64,000 nucleotides of DNA, taken from the human T2T-CHM13v2.0 reference genome, Homo sapiens. Within the stretch, counting starts at the first letter, position 1; each line of letters starts with the position of its first letter. The translations under genes were made by a program, and so were the position numbers. Shown piece by piece: positions 28,172-42,560 of this stretch. The stretch lies in assembly GCF_009914755.1 (NCBI RefSeq), contig NC_060933.1; one strand, given 5' to 3'. Below the pieces are notes generated by a model. That model saw nothing but the letters and a program-made list of their open reading frames with translations. It had not been told where the DNA came from and ran no database searches.

Positions 28172-31100
28172 ATTCCATTCCGTTCCGTTCCATTCCATTC
28201 CATTCCATTCTATTCGGGTTAATTCCATTCCATTCCATTCGATTGCAATCGAGTTGATTCCATTCCATTCCATTCCATTCCATTCCATTCCATTCCTTTC
28301 CATTCCATTACGGATGATTCCATTCCATTGCATTCCATTCCATTCCATTCCCCTGTACTCGGGTTGATTCCATTCCATTCCATTCCAATCCATGCCATTC
28401 CACTCGTGTTGATTCCATTCTTTCCATTCCATTCAAGTTGAATCCATTCCATTGCATTCCATTCCATTCCATTCCCCTGCAGTCGGGTTGTTTCCATTCC
28501 ATTCCATTCTGTTCCGTTCCGTTCCATTCCATTCCATTACATTGAATTCAGGTTAATTCCATTCCATTCCATTCCATTCCATTCCATTCCATTACATTAC
28601 AATCGAGTTGATTCCATTCCATTTCATTCCATTCCAGTCCTTTCCATTGCATTCCTCTCGGGTTGATTCCATTCTATTTGTTTCCATTCCATTCCATTCC
28701 CTTCCATTCCTCTCTGCTTGATTCCATTCCTTTCCATTCCACTCGAATACATTCCCTCCTATTCCACTCGGAACGATTCCATTCCATTCCATTCCATTCT
28801 ATTCCATTCCATTCCATTCCATTTCGGTCCATTCCATTCTATTCCGTATCATTCCATTCCATTCCATTCCATTCCATTCCATTCCATTCCATTCCATTCC
28901 ATTGTACTCGGGTTGATTCAATTCCATTGCATTCCATTCCATTCCATTCCATTCCATTCCATTCCGTTGCATTCCATTCCATTACATTCGGATTGATTCT
29001 ATTCAACTCCCTTACTCTCCATTACATTCCATTCCATTCGGGTTGTTCCATTCCATTCCATTCCATTCCACCCCATTCCATGGCGCTCGGGTTGATTCCA
29101 TTCCATTCCATTCCATTCCAATCCATTCCATTCCATTCCATTCCGGATGATTCCATTCCATTTCATTCCGTTCCATTACATTCCCCTGCACTCGGGTTGA
29201 TTCCATTCCATTCCATTCCATTCCATTCGATTCCATTCCATTCAAATTCTTTCCATTCCATTCTATTCCGTACCATTCCATTCCATTCCATACAATTCCA
29301 TTCCATTCCATTCCACTCCGTTCCGTTCCGTTCCATTCTGTTCCGTTCCATTCCATTCCATTGTACTCGGGTTGATTCCATTCCATTTCATTCCATTCCA
29401 TTCCATTCCATTCCGTTCCATTGCATTCCATTACATTCGGATTGATTCTTTTCAACTCCCTTACTCTCCATTACATTCCATTCCATTCGGGTTGTTCCAT
29501 TCCATTCCATTCCATTCCACTCCATTCCATGGCACTCGGGTTGATTCCATTCCATTCCATTCCATTCCATTCCATTCCATTCCATTCCGGAAGATTCCAT
29601 TCCATTGCATTCCATTCCATTCCATTCCCCTGCACTCGCGTTGATTCCATTCCATTCCATTCTATTCCATTCCATTCCCTTCCTTTCCGTTCCATTCCAT
29701 TCCATTCCATTCCATTCCATTCCGTTCCGTTCCATTCCATTCCATTCCATTCTATTCGGGTTAATTCCATTCCATTCCATTCTATTGCAATCGGGTTGAT
29801 TCCATTCCATTCCATTCCATTCCATTCCATTCCATTCCTTTCCATTCCATTACGGATGATTCCATTGCATTGCATTCCATTCCATTCCATTCCCCTTTAC
29901 TCGGGTTGATTCCATTCCATTCCATTCCAATCCATGCCATTCCACTCGTGTTGATTCCATTCTTTCCATTCCATTCAAGTTGAATCCATTCCATTGCATT
30001 CCATTCCATTCGATTCCATTCGATTGCACTCGGGTTGATTCCATTCCATTGCATTCCATTCCATTCCATTCCATTCCATTCCGTTCCATTCCATTCCATT
30101 ACATTCGCATTGATTCTATTCGATTCCCTTACACTCCATTACATTCCATTCCATTTGGGTATTTTCCATTCCATTCCATTCCATTCCTCTCCATTCCATT
30201 GCACTCGGGTTGATTCCATTCCATTGCATTCCATTCCATTCCATTCAATTCCATTCCGTTCCATTCCATTCCATTTCATTCGGATTGATTCTATTCAACT
30301 CCCTTACTCTCCATTACATTCCATTCCATTCGGGTTGTTCCATTCCATTCCATTCCATTCCACTCCATTCCATTGCACTCGGGTTTATTCCATTCCATTC
30401 CATTCCATTCCATTCCATTCCATTCCGGAAGATTCCATTCCATTGCATTCCATTCCATTCCATTCCCCTGCACTCGCGTTGATTCCTTTCCATTCCATTC
30501 CATTCCATTCCAATCCATTCCATTCCTTTCCGTTCCATTCTATTCCATTCCATTCCATTCCAATCCATTCCATTCCGTTCTGTTCCGTTCCATTCCATTC
30601 CATTCCATTCTATTCGGGTTAATTCCATTCCATTCCATTCGATTGCAATCGAGTTGATTCCATTCCATTCCATTCCATTCCATTCCATTACATTCCATTC
30701 CTTTCCATTCCATTACGGATGATTCCATTCCATTGCATTCCATTCCATTCCATTGCCCTGTACTCGGGTTGATTCCATTCCATTCCATTCCAATTCCTGC
30801 CATTCCACTCGTGTTGATTCCATTCTTTCCATTCCATTCAAGTTGAATCCATTCCATTGCATTGCATTCCATTCCAATCCCCTGCAGTCGGGTTGTTTCC
30901 ATTCCATTCCATTCCATTCCATTCCATTCTATTCCATTCCTTTCCATTCCATTCCAGTCCATTCCATTCTATTCGGGTTAATTCCATTCCATTCCATTCC
31001 ATTCCATTCCATTCCAATCGAGTTGATTCCATTCCATTCCATTCCATTCCATTCCACTCCATTCCAGTCCTTTCCATTCCATTCCACTTGGGTTGATCCC

Positions 31101-34100
31101 AATGTATTCCTTTTCTTTCCATTCCATTCCATTGCAATCGAGTTGATTCCATTGCTTTGCATTCCATTCCATTCCATTCCATTCCGGATGATTCCATTCC
31201 ATTGCATTCCATTCCATTCCATTCCCCTGCACTCGGGTTGATTCCATTCCATTCCACTCAATTCCGTTCCATTCCATTCCATTGCATTGTATTCTGGTTA
31301 ATTCCATTCCATTCCATTCCATTCCATTCCATTCCATTCCATTACAATCGAGTTGATTCCATTCCATTCCATTCCATTCCAGTCCTTTCCATTCCATTCC
31401 TCTCGGGTTGATTCCATTCTATTAGTTTCCATTCCATTCCATTCCCTTCCATTCCACTCTGGTTGATTCCATTCCTTTCCATTCCACTCGAATACATTCC
31501 CTCCTATTCCACTCGGAACGATTCCATTCCATTCCATTCCATTCCATTTCGTTCCATTCCATTCTATTTCGTATCATTTCATTCCATTCCATTCCATTCC
31601 ATTCCGTTCCATTCCATTCCATTGTACTCGGGTTGATTCAATTCCATTGCATTCCATTCCATTCCATTCCATTCCATTCCATTCCACACCATTCCATTGC
31701 ACTCGGGTTGATTCCATTGCATTCCATTCCATTCCATTCCATTCCGGATGATTCCATTCCATTGCCTTCCGTTCCATTACATTCCCCTGCACTCGCGTTG
31801 ATTCCATTCCATTCCATTCCATTCCATTCAATTCCATTCCATTACAATTCGTTCCATTCCATTCTATTCCGTACCATTCCATTCCATTCCATTCCATACC
31901 ATTCCATTCCATTCCATTCCATTCCATTCCATTCCGTTCCATTCCGTTCAATTCCATTCCATTCCATTCCATTCTATTTGAATTAATTCCATTCCATTCC
32001 ATTCCATTCCATTCTATTCCATTCCATTGCAATCGAGTTGAGTCCATTGCATTTCATTCCATTCCATTCCATTCCATTCCATTCCGGAAGATTCCATTCC
32101 ATTGCATTCCATTACATTCGATTCCCCTGCACTCGCGTTGATTCCATTCCATTCCATTCCATTCCATTCCGGATGATTCCATTCCATTGAATTCCATTCC
32201 ATTCCATTCCCCTGCACTTGGGTTGATTCCATTCCATTACATTCCATTCCTTTCTGTTCCATTCCATTCCATTCCATTCCATTCTATTCGTGTTAATTCC
32301 ATTCCATTCTATTCCATTCCATTCCATTGAAATGGAGTTGATTCCATTCCATTCCATTACATTCAATTCCATTACATTCCATTCCATTCCATTACATTCC
32401 ATTCCGGATGATTCCATTCCATTGCATTCCATTCCATTCCATTCCCCTGCACTCGGGTTGATTCCATTCCATTCCATTCCATTACATTACATTCCATTCC
32501 GTTCCATTTCATTCTATTCGTGTTAATTCCATTCCATTCCATTCCACTCCATTCCAGTCCTTTCCATTCAATTCCACTCGGGTTGACTCCATTCTATTCC
32601 TTTCAATTCCATTCCATTCCATTGCAATCGAGTTGATTCCATTCGAGTTGAATCCATTCCATTCCATTCCATTCTATTCCATTGTACACGGGTTCATTCC
32701 ATTCCATTCCATTCCATTCCATTCCATTCCATTTCATTGTATTCCATTCTATTCCATACCATTCCATTCCATCCCATTCCATTCCGTTCCATTCCATGCC
32801 ATTACACTCGGGTTGATTCCATTCCTTTCCATTCCATTCTTGTTGAATACATACCATTCCATTCCATTCCATTCGAATCCATTCCATTGCACTCGGGTTG
32901 ATTCCATTCCATTCCATTCCATTCCATTTCATTCCATTCCATTCCATTACATTCGGATTGATTCTATTCAATTCCCTTACACACCATTACATTCCATTTC
33001 ATTCGGGATGTTTCCATTCCATTCCATTCCATTCCACTCCATTCCATTGCATCAGGTTGATTGCATTCCATTCCATTCCATTCCATTCCGGATGATTCCA
33101 TTCCATTGCATTCCATTCCATTCCATTCCCCTGCACTCGGGTTGATTCCATTCCATTCCATTCCATTCCATTCCATTCCGTTCCATTCCATTCCATTCCA
33201 TTCTATTCCGGTTAATTCCATTCCATTCCATTCGATTAAATTCCATTCCATTCCATTCCATTGCAATCGAGTTGATTCCATTCCATTCCAGTCCATTCCA
33301 TTCCGGATGATTCCATTCCATTCCATTCCATTCCCCTGCAGTCGGGTTGATTCCATTCCATTCCATTCCATTCCATTCTATTCCGTTCAATTCCATTCCT
33401 TTCCATTCTATTCGGGTTAATTCCATTGCATTCCATTCCATTCCATTCCATTCCATTCCAATCGAGTTGATTCCATTCCATTCCGTTCCATTCCATTCCA
33501 TTCTTTTGCATTCCATTGCAATCGAGTTGAATCCATTGCCTTTCATTCCATTCCATTCCATTCCATTCCATTCCGGAAGATTCCATTCCATTGCATTCCA
33601 TTCCATTCCATTCCCCTGCACTCGCGTTGATTCCATTCCATTCCATTCCATTCCATTCCGTTCCGTTCCATTCCATTCCATTCCATTCCGTTCCGTTCCA
33701 TTCCATTCCATTCCATTCTATTCGGGTTGATTCCATTCCATTCCATTCGACTGCCATCGAGTTGATTCCATTCCATTCCATTCCATTCCATTCCATTCCA
33801 TTCCATTCCATTCCATTCCTTTCCATTCCATTACGGATGACTCCATTCCATTGCATTCCATTCCATTCCATTCCCCTGTACTCGGGTTGATTCCATTCCA
33901 TTCCATTCCACTCCATTCTGTTCCGTTGCATTCCATTCTATTGCATTCCATTCTATTCGGGTTAATTCCATTCCATTCTATTCCATTCCATTCCATTCCA
34001 TTCCATTCCATTGCAATGGAGTTGATTCCATTCCATTCCATTCCATTCCGGAAGATTCCATTCCATTGCTTTCCATTCCATTCCATTCCCCTGCATTCGC

Positions 34101-34111
34101 GTTGATTCCAT
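28172..34111. repeat. Large recent duplication B, copy 1 (paralog ~58056-64000)
   Basis: ORFs repeat at offset 29884 then 29889 (28219/58103, 28592/58476, 29012/58901, 31574/61463, 33851/63740). Rare k-mers are shared, e.g. attgaattcaggttaa, catggcgctcggg, gttgatcccaatg, gaatacatacc. Confidence 0.95.
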
Positions 34112-37100
34112 TCCATTCCATTCCATTCCATTCCATTCCATTCCGGATGATTCCATTCCATTGAATTCCATTCCATTCCATTCCCCTGCACTTGGGTTGA
34201 TTCCATTCCATTCCATTCCATTCCTTTCTGTTCCATTCAATTCCATTCCATTCCATTCTATTCGTGTTAATTCCATTCCATTCTATTCCATTCCATTCCA
34301 TTGAAATCGAGTTGATTCCATTCCATTCCATTCCATTCCATTCCATTCCATTCCATTCCGGATGATTCCATTCCATTGCATTCCATTCCATTCCATTCCC
34401 CTGCACTCGGGTTGATTCCATTCCATTCCATTCCATTACATTCCATTCCATTCCGTTCCATTTCATTCTATTCGTGTTAATTCCATTCCATTCCATTCCA
34501 CTCCATTCCAGTCCTTTCCATTCCATTCCACTCGGGTTGATTCCATTCTATTCCTTTCAATTCCATTCCATTCCATTGCAATCGAGTTGATTCCATTCGA
34601 GTTGAATCCATTCCATTCCATTCCATTCCATTGCACACGGGCTCATTCCATTCCATTCCATTCCATTCCATTCCATTCTATTCCATTTCATTCCATTCCA
34701 TTCTATTCCGTACCATTCCATTCCATCCCATTCCATTCCGTTCCATTCCATGCCATTACACTGGGGTTGATTCCATTCCTTTCCATTCCTTTCTTGTTGA
34801 ATCCATTCCATTCCTTTCCATTCCATTCCATTCGAATCCATTCCATTGCACTCGGGTTGACTCCATTCCATTCCATTCCATTCCATTTCATTCCATTCCA
34901 TTCCATTACATTCGGATTGATTCTATTCAATTCCCTTACAATCCATTACATTCCATTCCATTCGGGATGTTTCCATTCTATTCCATTCCATTCCACTCCA
35001 TTCCATTGCATGAGGTTGATTGCATTCCATTCCATTCCGTTCCATTCCGGATGATTCCATTCCATTGCATTCCATTCCATTCCATTCCCCTGTACTCGGG
35101 TTGATTCCATTCCATTCCATTCCACTCCATTCCGTTCCATTCCATTCCATTCCATTCCATTCCATTCCATTCCATTCCGTTCCATTCCATTCCATTCCAT
35201 TCTATTCCGGTTAATTCCATTCCATTCCATTCGATTCCATTCCATTCCATTCCATTCCATTGCAATCGATTTGATTCCATTCCATTCCATTCCATTCCAT
35301 TGCAATCGATTTGATTCCATTCCATTCCATTCCATTCCGTTCCGGATGATTCCATTCCATTCCATTCCATTCCATTCCATTCCCCTGCATTCGGGTTGAT
35401 GCCATTCCATTCCATTCCATTCCATTCCATTCCATTCCATTCCGTTCCATTCCATTCCTTTCCATTCTATTCGGGTTAATTCCATTCCATTCCATTCCAT
35501 TCCATTAAATTCCATTCCATTCCATTCCAATCGAGTTGATTCCATTCCATTCCATTCCATTCCAGTCCTTTCCATTCCATTACACTCGGGTTGATTCCAT
35601 TCTATTCCTTTCCATTCCATTCCATTCCATTGCAATCGAGTTGATTCCATTGCTTTGCATTCCATTCCATTCCATTCCATTCCGGATGATTCCATTCCAT
35701 TGCATTCCATTCCATTCCATTCCCCTGCACTCGGGTTGATTCCATTCCATTCCATTCCATTTCATTCCATTGCAATCCATTCCAATCCATTCCATTCCAT
35801 TCCATTCCACTCGAGTTGACTTCATTCCATTCCTTTCCATTCCATTCCATTCCTTTCCACTCGAGTTGATTCCATTCCATTCCAATCCATTGCATTCCAT
35901 TCCATGCCATTCCACTCGGGTTGATTCCATTCCTTTGCATTCTATTCCATTCCATTCCATTGCATTCCATTCCATTCCATTCCGTTGCATTCCATTCCAT
36001 TACATTCGGATTGAGTCTATTCAACTCCCTTACTCTCCATTACATTCCGTTCCATTCGGGTTGTTCCATTCCATTCCATTCCATTCCACTCCATTCCATT
36101 GCACTCGGGTTGATTCCATTCCATTCCATTCCATTCCATTCCATTCCGGATGATTCCATTCCATTGCATTCCGTTCCATTACATTCCCCTGCACTCGCGT
36201 TGATTCCATTCCATTCCATTCCATTCCATTCAATTCCATTCCATTACAATTCGTTCCATTCCATTGTATTCCGTACCATTCCATTCCATTCCATACCATT
36301 CCATTCCATTCCATTCCATTGCATTCCATTCCGTTCCATTCCGTTCCATTCCATTCCATTCCATTCTATTCGGGTTAATTCCATTCCATTCCATTCCATC
36401 CCATTCTATTACATTCCATTGCAATCAAGTTGAATCCATTGCATTTCATTCCATTCCATTCCATTCCATTCCATTCCGGAAGATTCCATTCCATTGCATT
36501 CCATTCCATTCCATTCCCCTGCACTCGCGTTTATTCCATTCCATTCCATTCCATTCCATTCCATTCCATTCCGTTCCGTTCCATTCCATTCCATTCCATT
36601 CCATTCCATTCCGTTCCGTTCCATTCCATTCCATTCCTTTCTATTCGGGTTAATTCCATTCCATTCCATTCGATTGCAATCGTGTTGATTCCATTCCATT
36701 CCATTCCATTCCATTCCATTCCATTCCTTTCCATTCCATTACGGATGATTCCATTCCATTGCATTCCATTCCATTCCATTCCCCTGTACTCGGGTTGATT
36801 CCATTCCATTGCATTCCAATCCATGCCCTTCCACTCGTGTTGATTCCATTCTTTCCATTCCATTCAAGTTGAATCCATTCCATTGCATTCCATTCCATTC
36901 GATTCCATTCGATTGCACTCGGGTTGATTCCATTCCATTGCATTCCATTCCATTCCATTCCATTCCATTCCATTCCATTCCTTTCCATTCCTTTCCATTA
37001 CATTCGGATTGATTCTATTCAATTCCCTTACACTCCATTACATTCCATTCCATTCGGGTAGTTTCCATTCCATTCCATTCCATTCCTCTCCATTCCATTG

Positions 37101-39419
37101 CACTCGGGTTGATACCATTCCATTGCATTCCATTCCATTCCATTCAATTCCATTCCGTTCCATTCCATTCCATTACATTCGGATTGATTCTATTCAACTC
37201 CCTTACTCTCCATTACATTCCATTCCGTTCGGGTTGCTCCATTGCATTCCATTCCATTCCACTCCATTCCATTGCACTCGGGTTTATTCCATTCCATTCC
37301 CTTCCATTCCATTCCATTCCATTCCATTCCAGAAGATTCCATTCCATTGCATTCCATTCCATTCCATTCCATTCCATTCCTTTCCGTTGCATTCCGTTCC
37401 ATTCCATTCCATTCCGTTCCGTTCCATGCCATTCCATTCCATTCTATTCGGGTTAATTCCATTCCATTCCATTCGATTGCAATCGAGTTGATTCCATTCC
37501 ATTCCATTCCATTCCATTCCATTCCATTCCATTCCTTTCCATTCCATTACGGATGATTCCATTCCATTGCATTCCATTCCATTCCATTCCCCTGTACTCG
37601 TGTTGATTCTATTCCATTCCATTCCAATCCATGCCATTCCACTCGTGTTGATTCCATTCTTTCCATTCCATTCAAGTTGAATCCATTCCATTGCATTCCA
37701 TTCCATTCCATTCCCCTGCAGTCGGGTTGATTCCATTCCATTCCATTCCATTCCATTCCATTCCATTCCATTCTGTTCCGTTCCTTTCCGTTCCATTCCA
37801 TTCCATTCCATTCTATTCGGGTTAATTCCATTCCATTCCATTCCATTCCAATCGAGTTGATTCCATTCCATTCCATTCCATTCCATTCCATTCCACTCCA
37901 TTCCAGTCCTTTCCATTCCATTCCACTCGGGTTGATTCCATTCTATTAGTTTCCATTCCATTCCATTCCCTTCCATTCCACTCTGGTTGATTCCATTCCA
38001 TTCCATTCCATTCCATTCCATTCCACTCCATTCCAGTCCTTTCCATTCCATTCCACTCGGGTTGATTCCAATGTATTCCTTTCCATTCCATTCCATTCCA
38101 TTGCAATCGAGTTGATTCCATTGCTTTCAATTCCATTCCATTCCATTCCATTCCGGATGATTCCATTCCATTGCATTCCATTCCATTCCATTCCCCTGCA
38201 CTCGGTTTGATTCCATTCCATTCCACTCCATTCCTTTCCATTCCATTCCATTCCATTGTATTCGGGTTAATTCCATTCCATTCCATTCCATTCCATTCCA
38301 TTCCATTTCATTCCATTCCATTACAATCGAGTTGATTCCATTCCATTCCATTCCATTCCATTCCAGTCCAGTCCTTTCCATTCCATTCCACTCGGGTTGA
38401 TTCCATTCTATTAGTTTCCATTCCATTCCATTCCCTTCCATTCCACTCTGGTTGATTCCATTCCTTTCCATTCCACTCGAATACATTCCCTCCTATTCCA
38501 CTCGGAACGATTCCATTCCATTCCATTCCATTCCATTCCATTCCATTCCATTCCAGTTCGTTCCATTCCGTTCTATTCCGTACCATTCCATTCCATTCCA
38601 TTCCTTTCCATTCCATTCCTTTCCACTCGTGTTGATTCCATTCCTTTCCATTCCATTCGGTTTGAAGGCATTCCATTCCATTCAATTCCATTCCATTCCA
38701 TTCCATTCCATTCCATTCTATTCAATTCCATTGCAATCGAGTTGAATCCATTGCCTTTCATTCCATTCCATTCCATTCCATTACGGAAGATTCCATTCCA
38801 TTGCATTCCATTCCATTCTATTCCCCTGCACTCGCGTTGATTCCATTCTATTCCATTCCATTCCATTCCGTTCCGTTCCATTCCATTCCATTCCATTCCA
38901 TTCCGTTCCGTTCCATTCCATTCCATTCCATTCTATTCGGGTTAATTCCATTCCATTCCATTCGATTACCATCGAGTTGATTCCATTCCATTCCATTCCA
39001 TTCCATTCCATTCCATTCCTTTCCATTCCATTACGGATGACTCCATTCCATTGCATTCCATTCCATTCCATTCCCCTGTACTCGGGTTGATTCCATTCCA
39101 TTCCATTCCAGTCCATTCGGTTCCGTTGCATTCCATTCTATTGCATTCCATCTTTTCGGGTTAATTCCATTCCATTCTATTCCATTACATTCCATTCCAT
39201 TCCATTGCAATGGAGTTGATTCCATTCCATTCCATTCCATTCCGGATGATTCCATTCCATTGCATTCCATTCCATTCCATTCCCCTGCACTCGTGTTGAT
39301 TCCATTCCCTTCCATTCCATTCCATTCCGTTCCATTCCATTCCATTCCATTCCATTCTATTCCGGTTAATTCCATTCCATTCCATTCCATTCCATTCCAT
39401 TCCATTGCAATCGAGTTGA

Positions 39420-42400
39420 TTTCATTCCATTCCTTTCCATTCCATTCCATTGCCTTGCATTCCACTCGGGTTGATTCCATTCCCTTCTTTCCACTCCATT
39501 ACATTCCCTTCCATGATTGATTCCATTCCATTCCATTCCATTTCATTCCATTGCAATCCATTCCAATCCATTCTATTCCATTCCATTCCATTCGAGTTGA
39601 CTTCATTCCATTCCTTTCCATTCCATTCCATTCTTTTCCACTCGAGTTGATTCCATTCCATTCCAATCCATTGCATTCCATTCCATGCCATTCCACTCGG
39701 GTTGATTCCATTCCTTTGCATTCCATTCCATTCCATTCCATTCCATTCCATTCCATTCCATTCCGTTGCATTCCATTCCATTACATTCGGATTGATTCTA
39801 TTCAACTCCCTTACTCTCCATTACATTCCATTCCATTCGGGTTGTTCCATTCCATTCCATTCCATTCCACTCCATTCCATTGCACTCGGATTGATTCCAT
39901 TCCATTCCATTCCATTCCATTCCATTCCATTCCACTCCATTCCGGATGATTCCATTCCATTGCATTCCGTTCCATTACATTCCCCTGCACTCGCGTTGAT
40001 TCCATTCCATTTCATTCCATTCCATTCAATTCCATTCCATTACAATTCGTTCCATTCCATTCTATTCCGTACCATTCCATTCCATTCCATACCATTCCAT
40101 TCCATTCCATTCCATTCCATTCCGTTCCATTCCGTTCCATTCCATTCCATTCCATTCTAATCGGGTTAATTCCATTCCATTCCATTCCATTCCATTCCAT
40201 TCCATTCCATTCCATTCCATTCTATTCCATTCCATTGCAATCGAGTTGAATCCATTGCATTTCATTCCATTCCATTCCATTCCATTCCGGAAGATTCCAT
40301 TCCATTGCATTCCATTCCATTCCATTCCCCTGCACTCGCGTTGATTCCATTCCATTCCATTCCATTCCATTCCATTCCATTCTATTCCATTCCGTTCCGT
40401 TCCATTCCATTCCATTCCATTCCATTCCATTCCATTCCATTCCGTTCCGTTCCATTCCATTCCATTCCATTCTATTCGGGTTAATTCCATTCCATTCCAT
40501 TCGATTGCAATCGAGTTGATTCCATTCCATTCCATTCCATTCTATTCCGTTCCATTCCATTCCTTTCCATTCCATTACGGATGATTCCATTCCATTGCAT
40601 TCCATTCCATTCCATTCCCCTGTACTCGGGTTGTTTCCATTCCATTCCATTCCAATCCATGCCTTTCCACTCGTGTTGATTCCATTCTTTCCATTCCATT
40701 CAAGTTGAATCCATTCCATTGCATTCCATTCCATTCGATTCCATTCGATTGCACTCGGGTTGATTCCATTCCATTGCATTCCATTCCATTCCATTCCATT
40801 CCAATCCATTCCATTCCGTTCCATTCCATTTCATTACATTCAGATTGATTCTATTCAATTCCCTTACACTCCATTATATTCCAATCCATTCTGGTTGTTT
40901 CCATTCCATTCCATTCCATTTCACTCCATTCCATTGCACTCGGGTTGATTCCATTCCATTCCATTCCATTCCATTCCATTCCATTCCATTCCATTCCGGA
41001 TGATTCCATTCCATTGCATTCCTTTCCATTCCATTCCCCTGCACTCGGGTTGATTCCATTCCATTCCATTCCATTCCATTACATTCCGTTCCATTCCATT
41101 CCATTCCATTCGGATTGATTCTATTCAATTCCCTTACACTCCATTCCATTCCATTCCATTCCATTCGGGTAGTTTCCATTCCATTCCATTCCATTCCTCT
41201 CCATTCCATTGCACTCGGGTTGATTCCATTCCATTCCATTCCACTCCATTCCATTACATTACATTACATTCCGTTCCATTGTACTCGGGTTGATTCCATT
41301 CCATTGCATTCCATTCCATTCCATTCCATTCCATTCCATTCCATTCCATTTCATTCGGATTGATTCTATTCAACTCCCTAACTCTCCATTACATTACATT
41401 CCATTCGGGTTGTTCCATTCCATTCCATTCCATTCCATTCCGTTCCATTCCATTCTATTACATTCGGATTGATTCTATTCAATTCCCTTACACTCCATTA
41501 CATTCCATTCCATTCGGGTTGTTCCATTCCATTCCATTCCATTCCACTCCATTTCATTGCGCTCGGGTTGATTCCATTCCAATCCATTCCATTCCATTCC
41601 ATTCCATTCCATTCCGGATGATTCCATTCCATTGCATTCCGTTCCATTACATTCCCCTGCACTCGGGTTCATTCCATTCCATTCCATTCCATTCCATTCC
41701 ATTCCGTTCCATTCCAATTCTTTCCATTCCATTCTATTCCGTACCATTGCATTCCATTCCATACAATTCCATTCCATTCCATTCCATTCCATTCCGTTCC
41801 GTTCCGTTCCGTTCCGTTCCATTCCATTCCATTCCATTCTATTCGGTTTAATTCCATTCCATTCCATTCTATTCCATTCCATTGCAATCGAGTTGAATCC
41901 ATTGCATTCCATTCCATTCCATTCCATTCCATTAAGGAAGATTCCATTCCATTGCATTCCATGTCCTTCCATTCCATTCCATTCCATTCCATTCCATTCC
42001 ATTCCATTCCATTGTACTCGGGTTGATTCCATTCCATTCCATTCCATTCCATTCCATTCCATTCCGTTCCATTCCATTCCATTCCGTTCCATTCCATTCC
42101 ATTACATTCGGATTGATTCTTTTCAACTCCCTTACTCTCCATTACATTCCATTCCATTCGGGTTGTTCCATTCCATTCCATTCCATTCCACTCCATTCCA
42201 TTGCACTCGGGTTGATTCCATTCCATTCCATTCCATTCCCTTCCGGATGATTCCATTCCATTGCATTCCGTTCCATTACATTCCCCTGCACTCGGGTTGA
42301 TTCCATTCCATTCCATTCCATTCCATTCCATTCGATTCCATTCCATTCCCCTGCACTCGCGTTGATTCCATTCCATTCCATTCCATTCCATTCCTTTCCA

Positions 42401-42560
42401 TTCCATTCCATTGCTTTCCATTCCAGTCTTTTCCATTCCATTCCACTCGGGTTGATTCCATTCTATTAGTTTCCATTCCATTCCATTCCCTTCCATTCCA
42501 CTCTGGTTGATTCCATTCCTTTCCATTCCACTCGAATACATTCCCTCCTATTCCACTCGG
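39420..42560. repeat. Older, diverged paralog of ~9350-12350 (offset ~30.1 kb)
   Basis: Same module order and rare motifs (gccttgcattccactcggg, gagttgacttc, cattcagattgatt, ccattatattccaatccattctgg, ccctaactctcc, catacaattcc, gattcttttcaac), but with many substitutions and pentamer indels. Confidence 0.8.

Larger units (their letters stand above)
17510..28300. repeat. Large recent duplication A, copy 1 (paralog ~44920-55720)
   Basis: Identical ORF translations recur at offsets 27404-27424 (17661/45070, 20035/47444, 22718/50132, 25236/52660, 28063/55482). Rare k-mers are shared, e.g. ccgttccgatccgttcc, ttgattccagggcattg, cccctatagtcggg, ccagtataattcg. Confidence 0.95.
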
